NCBI GenBank assembly: GCA_951406725.2
Contig: OX597823.1
Span: 5,890,001-5,954,000, forward strand
DNA length: 64,000 nucleotides
Direction: 5' to 3'
Source: Octopus vulgaris
Lineage: Eukaryota
Under the pieces are notes generated by a model. That model saw nothing but the letters and a program-made list of their open reading frames with translations, was not told where the DNA came from and ran no database searches. Positions 23,810-37,445 of the stretch are shown piece after piece (the stretch's first letter is position 1; the number at the start of each line of letters is the position of its first letter). A program made the position numbers and the translations under genes.

Positions 23810-24618
23810 TTAATCTCTTAGCTTCAAGATTTCACTGTTATTACGAGATGGCAGAACTGTTAATGTGTTGGGCAAAATGCTTTGCAACATTTCTTCCAGT
23901 TCATAATGTTCTGAGTTCAAATTGCACTAAGAAAACTCTGTTTCCAGAGTTCTGAAGGATGCTATTACTTGAGAGGGTAGAGCTATGCCAAAATGCTATT
24001 GGTTGATAGTCTGCAGGTATCATTGAAGCAGGTTGCTTATATTGTCTATATTAAGAAGCCATTCTCTGAAGATGAAGTCCAGCAGTAAAAGCCATGTTCA
24101 TGTTCTGCTGGGGTGTGTTAAGAATGGATAGACATGTGATTGTAGGTGTTACAAGGGAAAAAAAAAGCCAACTATCATCTTTTTGTTACTGTTGTTTAAC
24201 TCTGACTCTCCATTGACTGAAGGGAACTATGAGCAAAGACATTTCAACCATGACCATCCCATCTTTTATTTCAGACTATGTGTACCTAAGACTACATTAT
24301 CAAATGTGTACTTTGTTGTTTCTTTTTTCTTTCCTTAAGAGGGTAGAATTTGATTTGAGGTTGATTTGGCTGCTATTCTTAGCAGTCAGAGAAAACACAT
24401 ACTTAATTCCTCATATTGTTGTTATTGCTGCTGTTCTCTCTTTTCTGGAAAAGTATGAAGGCCGCAAAATCCCTTTTCCTTTAAAAACAAAATCTTTATG
24501 TGACTTATTACTTTAATGTTCTCGTTTACCTGATTGCCATTCATGACTCGTTACTTCATGACTTGTGCCCTTTCCTCCTCAGAAAAAGTAGTAAATAATG
24601 TGTGTGTGTGTGCACCTA

Positions 24619-24660
<42 letters not shown>

Positions 24661-24664
<4 letters not shown>

Positions 24665-24996
24665 TAAAAACGGTAAGACAACAAAAGAATGAAAGAGACC
24701 TTGATATTATGTAAATAGAGGAATTTATCTGTAAATGTAATATGTGACAATTATTCGGTAGCCAAGATAAAACTCTGAGTTTCGGATGCTGAGGTGGAAA
24801 TCCACGCCACCATCTCTTCAGTTATCTGGCCATCAGAGAGAATGCTATGAAAAATGATTGATTACGGTAATTTTTCATGGCATTTTTTCCGATGGTCCGA
24901 TAACTTAAGAGATAGCGGTGTGGATTTCCACCTCAGCATCCGAAACTTGAACTTTTATCATGGCTACCAAATAATTGTCACATATTACATTTACAG

Positions 24997-24999
<3 letters not shown>
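24661..24999. mobile_element. (TA)n-flanked palindromic insert (arms about 24727-24855 and 24870-24999), hammerhead-bearing family C
   Basis: ~130-bp inverted arms; hammerhead motif in each arm. Confidence 0.75.
24761..24830 (-). ncRNA. Type I hammerhead ribozyme-like motif with intact core
   Basis: GCCA-GAUAA-CUGAAGA-GAUG...CAUC-C-GAAACU(CAG)AGU-U-UUAUC-U-UGGC. Confidence 0.65.
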
Positions 25000-25054
<55 letters not shown>

Positions 25055-27478
25055 GCTTGATCAAAAGACACAGTCTGTGATGTTAAGAAACTAAATTATT
25101 GACCATATGATCATGATATGACCAGCATTGTATGGTGCCTTTGGGGGCATGGCATTTAATTTCACACAGCCAAAAGTAAAAAGGACAAATTCCATGTTGA
25201 GTGGGTTGGAGTAAGAATACGTGGAAGTGGGTAGAGAAACCGATGTGTGTATATATGTGTGTGTGTGTGTGAGAGAGAGAGGGAGAGGCAGAGAGAAAGA
25301 GATAAAAGAAAGCACCTGGTACATTCTGTAAAGTGGTTGATATCAGCAAAGGACATCCAGCCATAGAAACCATGGCAAAGTAGACAATAGAGCCTGGTGC
25401 AGCTTTACTCCTCACTGGATCAGGTCAAACCAGACAACTCATGCCAGCATGGAAAACGGATGCTAAATCGTGATGAAACATATGCAAATTTAAAGCTTTT
25501 GAGAAATATATGAACACACAAACACACACACACGTATAAAGTGTCTATTTACTTTCAAAATGTGTGTGTGTTCCTATATTTCTCAAAAGCTTTGGATTTA
25601 CTGAACTGGTCTTCTGATTGAAACCGGAACTTCTGTAATGAAATATAAATTTATAGTTTCTGTGAGAAGACACAAGTTCTTAAGATCCGCAAGGGATGTT
25701 GCGATACTCATACCTTTCTGGAAAGAAGTGGTTATAGATGAGACTCAAACTGAGGTGTTACAATATAACCACATATATTAATATCTTCAAATTTTGGCTC
25801 ACAGTCAGCTGTTTTGAGGGGAGGGGACGAATTGATAACATCATTCCTGATACTTGACTTGTACTTTATTTTATCGACCCCAAAAGAATGAAAGGCAAAA
25901 TTGACCCCTGCAGGATTTGAACTCGAAATGTAAAAAATTAGAAGAAATCCCATTAAGCATTGTTAGTGTGTTGGGTAAGACGCTTTACAGCATTTCTTCA
26001 GGCTCTTAATATTCTGAGTTCAAATTGTGGCAAGGCCAGCTTTGCCTTTCGTCCTTATTGGGGTTTGATGAAATAAAGCACCAGTGAAGTATTGATGAAT
26101 GCGTGTTTGCACTCTTGGTTGTGTGATTGTGGTTTGGATTCCTGGACTGGGCAGTTTTTATGTTCTTAAGCAAAATACTTCCTTGTCTGTTGCTCCGGGC
26201 CACTCAGCTGTAAATGTGTGACCCTGTGACAGACTGGTGCCCCATTTAGTGAGACTGTTGTGATCATGGAAACTGGGCAACTGCCTCGATGAGTCCTGGG
26301 ACTAGAGATAGTAAGTCCAGGGTTTGATGAATATAATGAAGTACTGGGCTCAATGCAATTCACTGAACCCCTCCCTCTAAACTTTCTGGCCTTGCTCCAA
26401 AGTTTGAAAGCAATATTAAACACATATGTAATAAATGAAATCTGTTACTCTTTGTAATGTGGTTGTTGAATGGACAAAGCCAGCAAAGTGCTGAGCAGAT
26501 TGCTTGGTCTTGCTGAAGGCACGACAACCTCTCTGGTGTTGGTACAACAATAAAATGTTGTATTCTGTAAAGTGGTTGGTGTTAGGAAGGATACCTAGCT
26601 TTAGAAAACATGCCAAAATGGGACCTGCATGCAAGCTATGATTCTTGACCTTTTAAGACAGGTGTAACATTTAAAAACTATCTTGATTCATGACAACTCA
26701 TCTGATCTATGCCAGCATGAGAAAAGCAAACATAAAAGTGATGATGATGATGATGATGATAAAAGATATTTGTGTATTTTAATTGTTTTTTTTAAAAATT
26801 CAATCTATATGGTTGTGGTACTTATCATTTGTGATGCAAATGTGGTAAGTTCAACTGGTGCTGCAGGTCTACCGTTTATTTACTTCCCAGACTTTGTGCC
26901 TAATTAACAAATCTCCAATGGCTGATGTGTGTTGTGTGTAAAACATTTGCGTGCAGTAGGATGAGCTCATGTCTGCAGCAAGGGGCCAGGGGAAGAAGAG
27001 AAGTTGTGGGGAAACTGAGGAGGAAATTCTTTGTTGGGGTTTGAAATCCCTTGGGAAGTAGAATTACATTTTAGGGTTTCAACTGCTGGAAGTTTATTTT
27101 ATTTATCCCATAAATGTCGACAAAGGTTCAAATTACTGTCAGTTTTTTATATAAATCTGAAAAAGAAAAAAGAAATTTTTTTTTTTTTTATTCTTAAATG
27201 CTAAAGAAATAAAAAAGATTATCAAAACACAATGATTAAGCATTGTTGCTATACAGCTATGTGTATCGTGTATGTGTGTGTGTGTATATAATGGTGTGTG
27301 TATAATGGTGTGTGTATATGTGTGAGTGTACAAATGAAAGAAAAGAGCAATTAATGCATCACAAAGAGTTTATACTTGTAGTGGTAGTGGTGGAGTTGTT
27401 GGTGGTTCACCCTGCACATACTCAGAGTTTCGTAGGCAGATATTGCCTATCTCTGATCAATCAGAGTTTTATTGATAT

Positions 27479-29725
27479 CACTGGTCAACAAAATGAAACT
27501 TTTTTTAATCATCAGAGTTGCTGATTGACTTTTCTGGGTTAATTTTTGATGCTGATTACGAATCTGAAGTCCGATTTCCTCCATCAGGTCACATTTTCAT
27601 GTTAATGATACCTGCTGTTCTAACTTATAGGATACATAAAGCATGTCTATATAAAGTATATTGAATACAAGATACGATGATTTCATGGCTTTTTATTGTA
27701 CAAAATTAAAATTATTGTGTACGAATAAGTTAGAATACACTAAAATGCATAACAACTTAAAATCTTTGGGATTTGGACTTTCTATGGTGTTTTGTCTCAG
27801 GTTCATCCCTGTGTAACATCCAACAGTAGTCAGCTAACATTCCTGCATTCCAAAATCCTTGATATCGTTGTTCCATCAATGCAATATCTTGATGAAAGCA
27901 TTCCCCTTGCTCATCAGACACAGCTCCAAGGTTTTCTGCAAAAAAAGTCCAGATGTGAATCAAGGAAATGAACTTTTAGTGACATCCGATAGCCCATTGC
28001 TGCATAGAAGTCTAGAAGACATTTCACTCCGTTTCTAAATGCTAGAGATCTCTTTCTTGTTGCCTAGGAAAAATTTTCACAGAGCCATTTGAAGGATTCC
28101 CAGGCTTTAAGCTCAATCTCATCCAGAGCTGTGAGGAAGTGGTTGTCCTTCAGGAGTTCTTTTATCTGCAGATCTAGGAATATGCCTTCCTTCAGTTTTG
28201 CCTCAGTGACTTTTGGAAATTTGGCCTTCACATATTCAAAACCTTTTGAGCTTTTCCTGGCAAGTGTCTTCACGAATTGTTTCATGAGGCCAAGCTTTAA
28301 GTGATGAGGAGGAAGAAGAACATTTTCTGGGTTTAAAAGTGGCTTACTCTGGACGCTAGAGACTCCTAGCTCATATGATTTTTGCAAAGGTCACTCTGAT
28401 TGCACATAGTGCTTGTTAGTTTCACGACTGTCCCATAGGCATAAAAAACAACAATATTTCGTGAACCCAGATTACATTCCCATCAACATTCCAATCACCT
28501 TCAAGTCTCCACACATTTTCCAGCTGTAGTTTGTATACTCTATGGCATTGAGGAGTACTTGCATGTATTCATAACACTCCTTCACGTGCACTGAATGTCC
28601 TATGGGAATGGATGGTTTCTTATTGCCAGTGTGTAGTAGTACTGCCTTGAGGCTTCTCTTAGATGAATCAATGAATAAGCGCCATTCAGCTGGAACATGC
28701 TCTTGGAACAAACAGCGAAAGAACTCATCAGTGTTATTACTGAAACAAAGTAGTCTATCAACAAAGAAGCATGAAGTCAGATCGCTATTTCTCTTCCTGA
28801 AATGAGTAATACAAACATTTTTCTTAAGCAGACACTTTTCTAGTAGGCTAATAATTCAGCTTTATCCTTCGATGATGACAAGTCTCTAACTAAATCATTT
28901 AACTCTCCTTGAGAAAATTTCTGTGGTACGTCTTCATTTTCAATAATGAAATCTGCATCCACTTCGGTGTCTTCCACAGCAGTAGTATTTTCTTCAGGAA
29001 ATACATCTTCGTCAGACATCTGAAGGCCATTTTCTGGTGGTATTGGAATAAGAAGATCTTCATCGTTGTGTGGTACTGGTCTTCTTGCTGATTCCAAGTT
29101 GGGATACACAATCTTATGCTTGGTCTTTACAGTAAACCCAAATACACTAACGTTGTAGAAATAACAGTCCATGAAATGATCCTTTGGCTCTCTCCATATC
29201 ATAGGTATTGCAAACGGTATTGCTGTCTTCCTCTTGTTTAGCCAATCCCTTGGTCCATTTGAACAAGCTGAGCTGATGATGTGTGGGGCCCAACTCTTAT
29301 CTTGTTCCCCGAGGATCTTCTTGATTTCACTTGTGATGGCACATATTAAGATTTTTGGGGGTAAATGAACCACAGACATGACAAAATATATCAGGATTGT
29401 TCTTGCAATGCCTTGACATCCTGAGTAGAATTTGATGATGAAGACTTGGCACCTTAAACAGAAAGTAAAATTTATGAAAAGAAAAGGTTATGAAAACATA
29501 AAATTACAAAATGAATAGAAACAGTTATAAAACAGAAGTCAGAATTTACCTGTATAAGACGTTTATGTGCAGCGATACTGCTGATGGGGGTTATATACCT
29601 CTCCCATCTCATCAGAAAAACCGTGCCTGATAGAAGGAAACCGATTACATTTTTGAAATCTGCAGACAAAACCACATATAAAACAGCATGAAATATCCCT
29701 GATGAAAACTGGCTGTGGACCAGTG
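27479..29725 (-). mobile_element. Full-length decayed Chapaev3-like (CMC superfamily) DNA transposon
   Basis: TIR CACTGGTCAACA / TGTGGACCAGTG (11/12); 3-bp TSD TAT on both sides; imperfect subterminal inverted similarity; encloses a transposase pseudogene. Confidence 0.85.
27757..29419 (-). pseudogene. Chapaev3-type DDE transposase pseudogene (frameshifts and stops)
   Basis: Fragments in several frames: MSRHCKNNPDIFCHVCG, WREPKDHFMDCYF, WRLFIDSSKRSLKAVLLH, GDLKV, LPPHHLKLGLMKQFVK, FFAENLGAVSDEQGECFHQDIALMEQRYQG..MLADYCW. Confidence 0.85.
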
Positions 29726-29869
29726 TATTCAATTAAATATGTGCTTTTGTGTCGATGGAACTCTGAGTATTGAGTAGTGGGGTGAGTTACCGATTGCCCA
29801 CTGGCACATACACAGGTGTGTGTATATATGTGTGTGTGTATACGCACACCCATGCTAGATGTTAAAAGG

Positions 29870-30041
29870 TGATTTTATATATATATGGATCTGAATATAT
29901 GTGTATATATGGATGTGTGTGTATATTATATATTTTCATATATATATATGGTATTTGTGCTTTATACACACATATATATAGTAATTGTGTATGTATATAT
30001 ATATAGTGTTTGTGTATGTATATATATATATATATAGTAAT

Positions 30042-30081
<40 letters not shown>

Positions 30082-30478
30082 TATATATTGTGTATGTGTG
30101 TATATATATATAAATTTTGTACATATACAGTAATTGTGTATATGTGTATATATATATATATATGTATGTATGTATATAGATAGAATTTGTACATATATAT
30201 TAGTATATGTATTCCAGTGTGTGTGTGTATATATATATACACGTGCACGTGTGTATGTGTAGCATTTGTACATATATACATTTGTAGTATTTGTATATAT
30301 ACATATATAGTATATGTGTGTGTGTATGCATACATATATATAATGTGTGTGTATATATATATATGTATGCATATACACATATTGTTTATAGTTTTCTTTT
30401 ATAAATTTTGTTTTCCATTTTGGTTGTGTTTGTGGAATGAAGGTGAAAGGACTTGACAAACAACTGCTTAATGAAACA

Positions 30479-30510
<32 letters not shown>

Positions 30511-30705
30511 GACCCCCCACCTCCCTCTTGAAAATATTTGAATAACTGATATATTATGCAATCATTGTGGTGAAATGGTTTTTTTTAATGAGTATTTATA
30601 TATGTATATATATATATGCGTGTGTGTATCTATGTGTATGCATATATATATATATATATACATTCTTATATATGCACACATATATATACATATTTGGATA
30701 TATGC

Positions 30706-30737
<32 letters not shown>

Positions 30738-30855
30738 ATATATACACACACATATATGCACACACATATATACATATTTGGATATATGCATATATATATA
30801 TATATACACACATATATGCACACATGCACACACATATATATACATATATGGATAC

Positions 30856-30886
<31 letters not shown>

Positions 30887-30891
30887 TATGC

Positions 30892-30951
<60 letters not shown>

Positions 30952-31050
30952 ATAAAGATATGTATATATATATATGCATATGCACATGTATGCATATATA
31001 TGTATATATGCATATATATGTGTGTATATATAAATATATATATATAATGG
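29870..31050. repeat. Compound (TA)n/(TG)n/(CA)n microsatellite field
   Basis: Direct reading; source of the spurious YI-repeat ORFs. Confidence 0.9.
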
Positions 31051-31894
31051 CCTTAAATAAAACAAACCTGTTTGATGTTCCGTCCTCTGCTATGCTAATC
31101 ATCACCCCACCCCACCCTCACTCCCCACCCCTGCTCTATTCTCCACTTTGTACCATCTTTGCTGGTTGAAATATTAAAGAATATTAAAAAAACAAAAAGA
31201 CATCTTTCATATACGCCAAATATTTTAAAATATCCAATGTCCACATTATATGCTATTAAATCTGTTAATAAAAAAAAAAAAAAAAATATGAAATTCAGTG
31301 AACATTTTGTTTTTGTTCTTTTTCCTGGTGTTATTTTCTTTTTTCCCAAGAAATTGCTGTTGTTTTTAGTCCCAAAGCAATCTTGGTCGAGCAGACCTTT
31401 GATCAAAGGAATTTGTAGTTGAGAAGTTTGATTCCCAGGCATGCTGATGCTTATTGATGCCAGAGATCTAGAATTGTTGCTTGGATTCCTCAAAATATTC
31501 CATGAACATCAAAATTCCATGGACAGTCTGCTAATGAAGTGAAGTCCAATAAGATGGTGCTTGTCTTCAGTTGCACTAACATTTCTTGACAGAATATGGC
31601 ACTCGGACCATTTGAGGATTGGAAGGTTGGAATTACTTAAAATGGATGCAGCAATGATGTGTTGATCCAGTTTTCCTAAAAACACTTCTATTTCCTCAAT
31701 TTCTCTTTTTTCTATCATGAAGCATCCCATGAATGATGCATCGATTTACTTTATATGAGCCATTTGTGTGTTGCAAACAGAACTTGAGTGTGACAACAGA
31801 ACAGAGGAATGTAGCATCTTCACTTCTTTCCTTCTTTTTAGTAAAAAATACATGCTTTACTATATACACCTCTGCATCTGTTTCTCTAATTGCC

Positions 31895-32215
31895 AGGCAT
31901 AGGAGTGGCTGTGTGGTAAGTAGCTTGCTTACCAAGCACATTGTGAGTGGATTTGGTGGACGGAAACTGAAAGAAGCCTGTCGTTTATATGTATGTATAT
32001 ATATGTGTGTGTGTGTGTTTGTGTGTTTGTCCCCCACAACATCTCTTGACAACCGATGGTGTTGTGTTTACGTCCCTGTAACTTGGCGGTTCGGCAAAAG
32101 GGATTGATAGAATAAGTACTAGGCTTACAAAGAATAAGTCCTGGGGTCGATTTGCTCGACTAAAGGCGGTGCTCCAGCATGGCCATAGTGAATTGACTGA
32201 AACAAGTAAAGAGTG
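31895..32215 (+). mobile_element. Dominant-family SINE
   Basis: Matches 13988-14400 with an internal deletion. Confidence 0.8.
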
Positions 32216-32986
32216 CATATTGCTTCAATGCATGCGACAGGATCTCTTGTGTCAGGAATTTGATTTCTGTTGCTAAATTCCAATTCAACAGCAGAAAGAT
32301 GAACTGGGTGGCACTTTGGTCGAGTGTCTTCTGCTGCAGCCTTAGGCTGACCAATGCCTTGTGAGTGAATTTGTTAGATGGAAACTGTAGTGTGTGTCTT
32401 CTCCACCACTTGACAACCAGTGTTGGTTTGTTTATGTCCTTGTGAGTTAGTGGTTCAGCAATAGAATAAGCACTAAACTAAAAAGAAGTCCTGCAGTTAC
32501 TTTGTTCATCTGAATCACCTTCAAGGTGGTGCTCCAGCATGGCTACAGTCCAATGACAGAAACAAGTAGAAAGTAAAAGGAAAAAAAAAAATTATAAGCA
32601 GGGGTGGGGGAATACAAAAAATTCAATAAAAAAAGAAAACAAAGAGAAAGGCTCTCAATAGTTATTAATCATTTATTTTGAGACCAGTTTCCAATCAGTC
32701 TTCAAGCAATACTGAGATCTACATAGTAGCCAAGCAGTCTTTCATCGTGGTTGGGGGCAGGGGGTTGCTGGGGGGTAATAAAAAATAATATTTTTGCACC
32801 AAATCATCTGAGATGATTAATAATTTATGATTTACAAAAAAACTTTTTTAAAAGTGGTGGGTGGGTGGGGGGCAGGGGACTGGCAGAGATGGTTGAGACA
32901 AGAGAACATCAGACTATGGGCACGATTTTCTGTCTTTTTACTTCAATCTGAGTTCAAATCCTGTTGGGTAGACTATATGTAATAGA

Positions 32987-33017
<31 letters not shown>

Positions 33018-33621
33018 CATCATCATCGTTTAGCGTCCGTTTTCCATGCTAGCATGGGTTACATATATATATACATATACATATATATATAAACAAACAC
33101 ACTCATATATATATATACACATACATACACACACACATATATATATATATATAGATATATATACACACATTTACATATACATAATATAAAGATGTGCATG
33201 CCCACACATGTACATACACACATGTGCACACACACATACATGCAAAGTAAACTATAGATTTAAATTGGATGACAAATAATCTGTATTTATAACTCAATGT
33301 GTATTTCAATATATTAAAGGGGAAACTGTAAGGATGCCTTATTATAGACTGACTTTTATTTGGTAGGAATCGGCAGTTCTATAGATCACAGCATACAAAT
33401 AGAAAGTAAAATAAAAGTGCAGAATTTGTTTATTTAATCTTTAGTTAGATCAACTTATATGTAGTTCATTAACAATGGATAAATTTCAGTTATGTATGGA
33501 AAATCTTACATTCTGATTGCATAGTCAAATCTTCAGAGTGCATAACTCTCATTAGCAACCTTTTTAGTATTCATAATGAGCTTACAACAGTATTTTTGTA
33601 TCAACTTCTACAATTAATATA

Positions 33622-33830
33622 TATATATCAAATATAAATTAAAATCAGAACACAAAGGATATCACGGTACACATGTTTCAAGCTTTATAAACAATCCGTT
33701 ATTACATCAGTGTATTATTGATATAAAAGATGGTTTAAAGCTCTGATGTAATAACGGATTGTTTATAAAGCTTGAAACACGTGTACCGTGATATCCTTTG
33801 TGTTCTATTTTAAATTTATATTTGATATAT
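33622..33830. repeat. Near-perfect ~88-bp inverted repeat next to (TA)n, carrying a 3'-half hammerhead-like GAAAC-ACGT-GTA
   Basis: Arms about 33622-33710 and 33743-33830. Confidence 0.75.
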
Positions 33831-33899
33831 TCTCTCTCACCTCTGCCACTATTTGGCATATACAGGTGCTTACACTTATCAAGTATTCACTCTAAATTT

Positions 33900-34372
<473 letters not shown>

Positions 34373-36094
34373 GATATAAACAACTATCAATGCACAGAAG
34401 TTGATTCCCTTAATTATAGCCCTTGGCTAATTTGGCCATGAGTCTCGTCAAATCAAAGCCTAAAATTTTGCAGTATGAAAGTGAGAGATATTAGAATGCA
34501 CAGAAGCTGAATGCATTATAAACAATATTTAGTTTCTTTGTTTCCTCTTTATTTTTAATCTTGCCAATGTTGTCTTTTCCCTTTCAGACCCGGGTGCTAA
34601 TAAAATAATTCAATACTGGTTGTATACGGGTGTGGAATTCATTTATTTTATCTCACCCTCCTCTAATTTCCAATATTATTTTTGTTTTTAATTTAAAAAA
34701 AGAAAACAACATATTTTTGTGTATTTGACATTGTCAAAAGACCAACGTTGCATCATTATGATGTCTGTTCATTATGAGGTCTCTTGGCCAGGTCTACCTT
34801 CTAGCCTAGCACTTTAATGTTTCTGCCAGATCACCGCCTTTAATAATAATGATAATAATAATAATTTTTGGCAAAAGGCTAGCAATTTCGAGTGGGGAGG
34901 GGGCAAGTCAATTACATCGACCCTAGTACTTGACTGGTACTATATTTTATTGACCCCTCCCCCCAAAGACAAAGCTGAACTTAGAACATAAAAGGCCAAA
35001 AGAAATACTTCATAAGGTATTTCATCCAATACATATATAAGTCTCCCACCTCATCACCTTAACGATATTCTATTGATTCCTTTGAATTCTGAGATTGTCC
35101 TTGCTCAATAAGTACATGCATTTTTGAGTTTGGCCCTTTTTATTTTTTGCTTTGTTTTATTAGTACACATTCACTGTGGTGGGTCCAGGTGGGATTTCTG
35201 GACTTGCAGAGTTGGAATAGATACCACAACATTTCCCATTCAGTTCCTAACAATTCTGCTAATCCTCTGCCCTGGACTGGTTCTTTATTTTATTGACACC
35301 AGAAAGATGAAAGGTAAAGTTCACCTAAGCAGGATTTGAACTCAGATATCAGAGAATTGGAACATATAACACAAGGCATTTAATCCAATGCTACAACATT
35401 TCTGCCAATTAGAAAATTAGAAAGCCTTTCTTTTAACTGCATTTAGCTATTACATAACAAAAATAGACCAGAATATCTAAGAGATGTCAACCGTCTCAAC
35501 CATTTGTTGAAAACAAGAAATAAATTCAAAATGAGAAAAAAAAAAAAGATATACCAGATGAAAATATATATATATAGCAGATGATTTGAATGTGACAACA
35601 ACAATAATAATAATAGTACAAGGAATCATACAAAAAAATCACAATCAGATCAACATCCATTCGTCAAAGATGTTTCTCTTGGTTTGGTTTTATTTTATAT
35701 TTTTTAATTTTATTTTCAATATATAAAAAAAAGAAAACTGTTCAAAATATTATAAACATGTCAATAAATATATAACATTGTTATCGATTTTCTTTATGTT
35801 GTGTTATATTCGTCTGTATGTATTGTGTATATGTATGTTTGTGCTGTTATATGTAATATATAATGCATATGTACATATAATATGTGCGTGCATGTATATA
35901 TATATGTGTATATATTATATATTTTTGCATAGACATGTGCTTGTATTAAGGCTTTAACATTAAAACAGATTAAATCTGGCCATCATTTACACAGCATTGG
36001 TTCTAAATTATCCACATCTTGTCTAGCTACATATGGTAGCTTAAAAACCATCTCCAAATCACACAAGGATTCACATATTTCTTAGATTCATTTG

Positions 36095-36128
<34 letters not shown>

Positions 36129-36532
36129 TATTTATTCCTCGAAGCTAAATGCAAGGGGAAATATCTGCTGGAACATATTTGATTTGATTTTGTTCTTTAC
36201 AAAGAATATTATAAATTGCTACTGGAAGACAAAACTTGATCATTGAGAAAATGAAGAAACCAAATTATTTTGTGTTATTGTGATGAAAAAAAAAAAGAAT
36301 ATTAAAGAAATTGGAATTCATATTTTGTTGAACAAAGTAAATGAAATCCAAATCTATTTATTTGATCTTTGTTTAAAGAAAAGGTTTCATATTAATTGTT
36401 TGTAGACTTGTTCATATGGGGAGAAATCAGTTATGTACTTGTGCTCCAAGATGGTCTGGTGGTATTCTTATACAATCTTCATGATGAAATGGTCAAGAGT
36501 AATGTGTGTGTGTGTGCATATATGTGAATATA

Positions 36533-36573
<41 letters not shown>

Positions 36574-36793
36574 GTACATGATATGCATATATTTATAAAT
36601 ATAACTATTTATAAATATAACTATATATAAATATGCATTTATATATATATGAATGATATTAAAGTATGTACATATCCAAACGGCGGTGCATCAGGCATGA
36701 CCGCAGCTCTGAGCTAAAACTAAGAAAAAAAATCTATATACACATACACTCGTGTACACACCTACAAATACATGCATGTGTAGATAAAGTGTA

Positions 36794-36830
<37 letters not shown>

Positions 36831-36968
36831 TTGGTCAAGTCAGACTCTAGCTATTCTGAGTTTCCCTTGCAGGTGTATTGCTGGATACTCAGACAGTCAT
36901 AACTTGCCTGAAGATCCTCTGCATCCACAGATGAAACTCAGAGTAACCAGAGACTGATATGACCCAAA
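36831..36968. mobile_element. Decayed inverted insert with hammerhead-like motif at 36903-36950 (+)
   Basis: CTGAAGA-TCC-TCTG(CATCCA)CAGA-T-GAAACT(CAG)AGT-A-ACCAG; reverse arm TCTGAGTTTC at about 36855; stem I poorly paired. Confidence 0.5.
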
Positions 36969-37036
36969 TAAAATATATTATTAATCTCTATGGTATTCAG
37001 TAGTCTTTTCTATTGACAGTTAAAAACTAAATGGCT

Positions 37037-37364
37037 GTACATATATAAATATATATACATATATATATACACACACACATATATATATACATATATATAT
37101 ATATATACGTATAAATATATACGTATATATATATATATATATATATATAAACATATATATATATACATATATATACACATATACATATACGTATATATAT
37201 ATATATATATACATATATATATACACATATACATATATATACACACATATACATATATATACATATACACACATACATATATATATACACACATATACAT
37301 ATACATATATATATATATATACACATATACATATATATACACACATATACATATATATACACAC

Positions 37365-37427
<63 letters not shown>

Positions 37428-37445
37428 TAGATAGATAGATAGATA
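37037..37445. repeat. (TA)n/(TACA)n/(GATA)n microsatellite
   Basis: Direct reading. Confidence 0.95.

Noticed and set aside
29862-31169. Long ORFs rich in Y/I/H/T/C (also 33798-34404, 37010-37512, 44001-44740)
   Set aside because: Translations of (TA)n/(CA)n microsatellites
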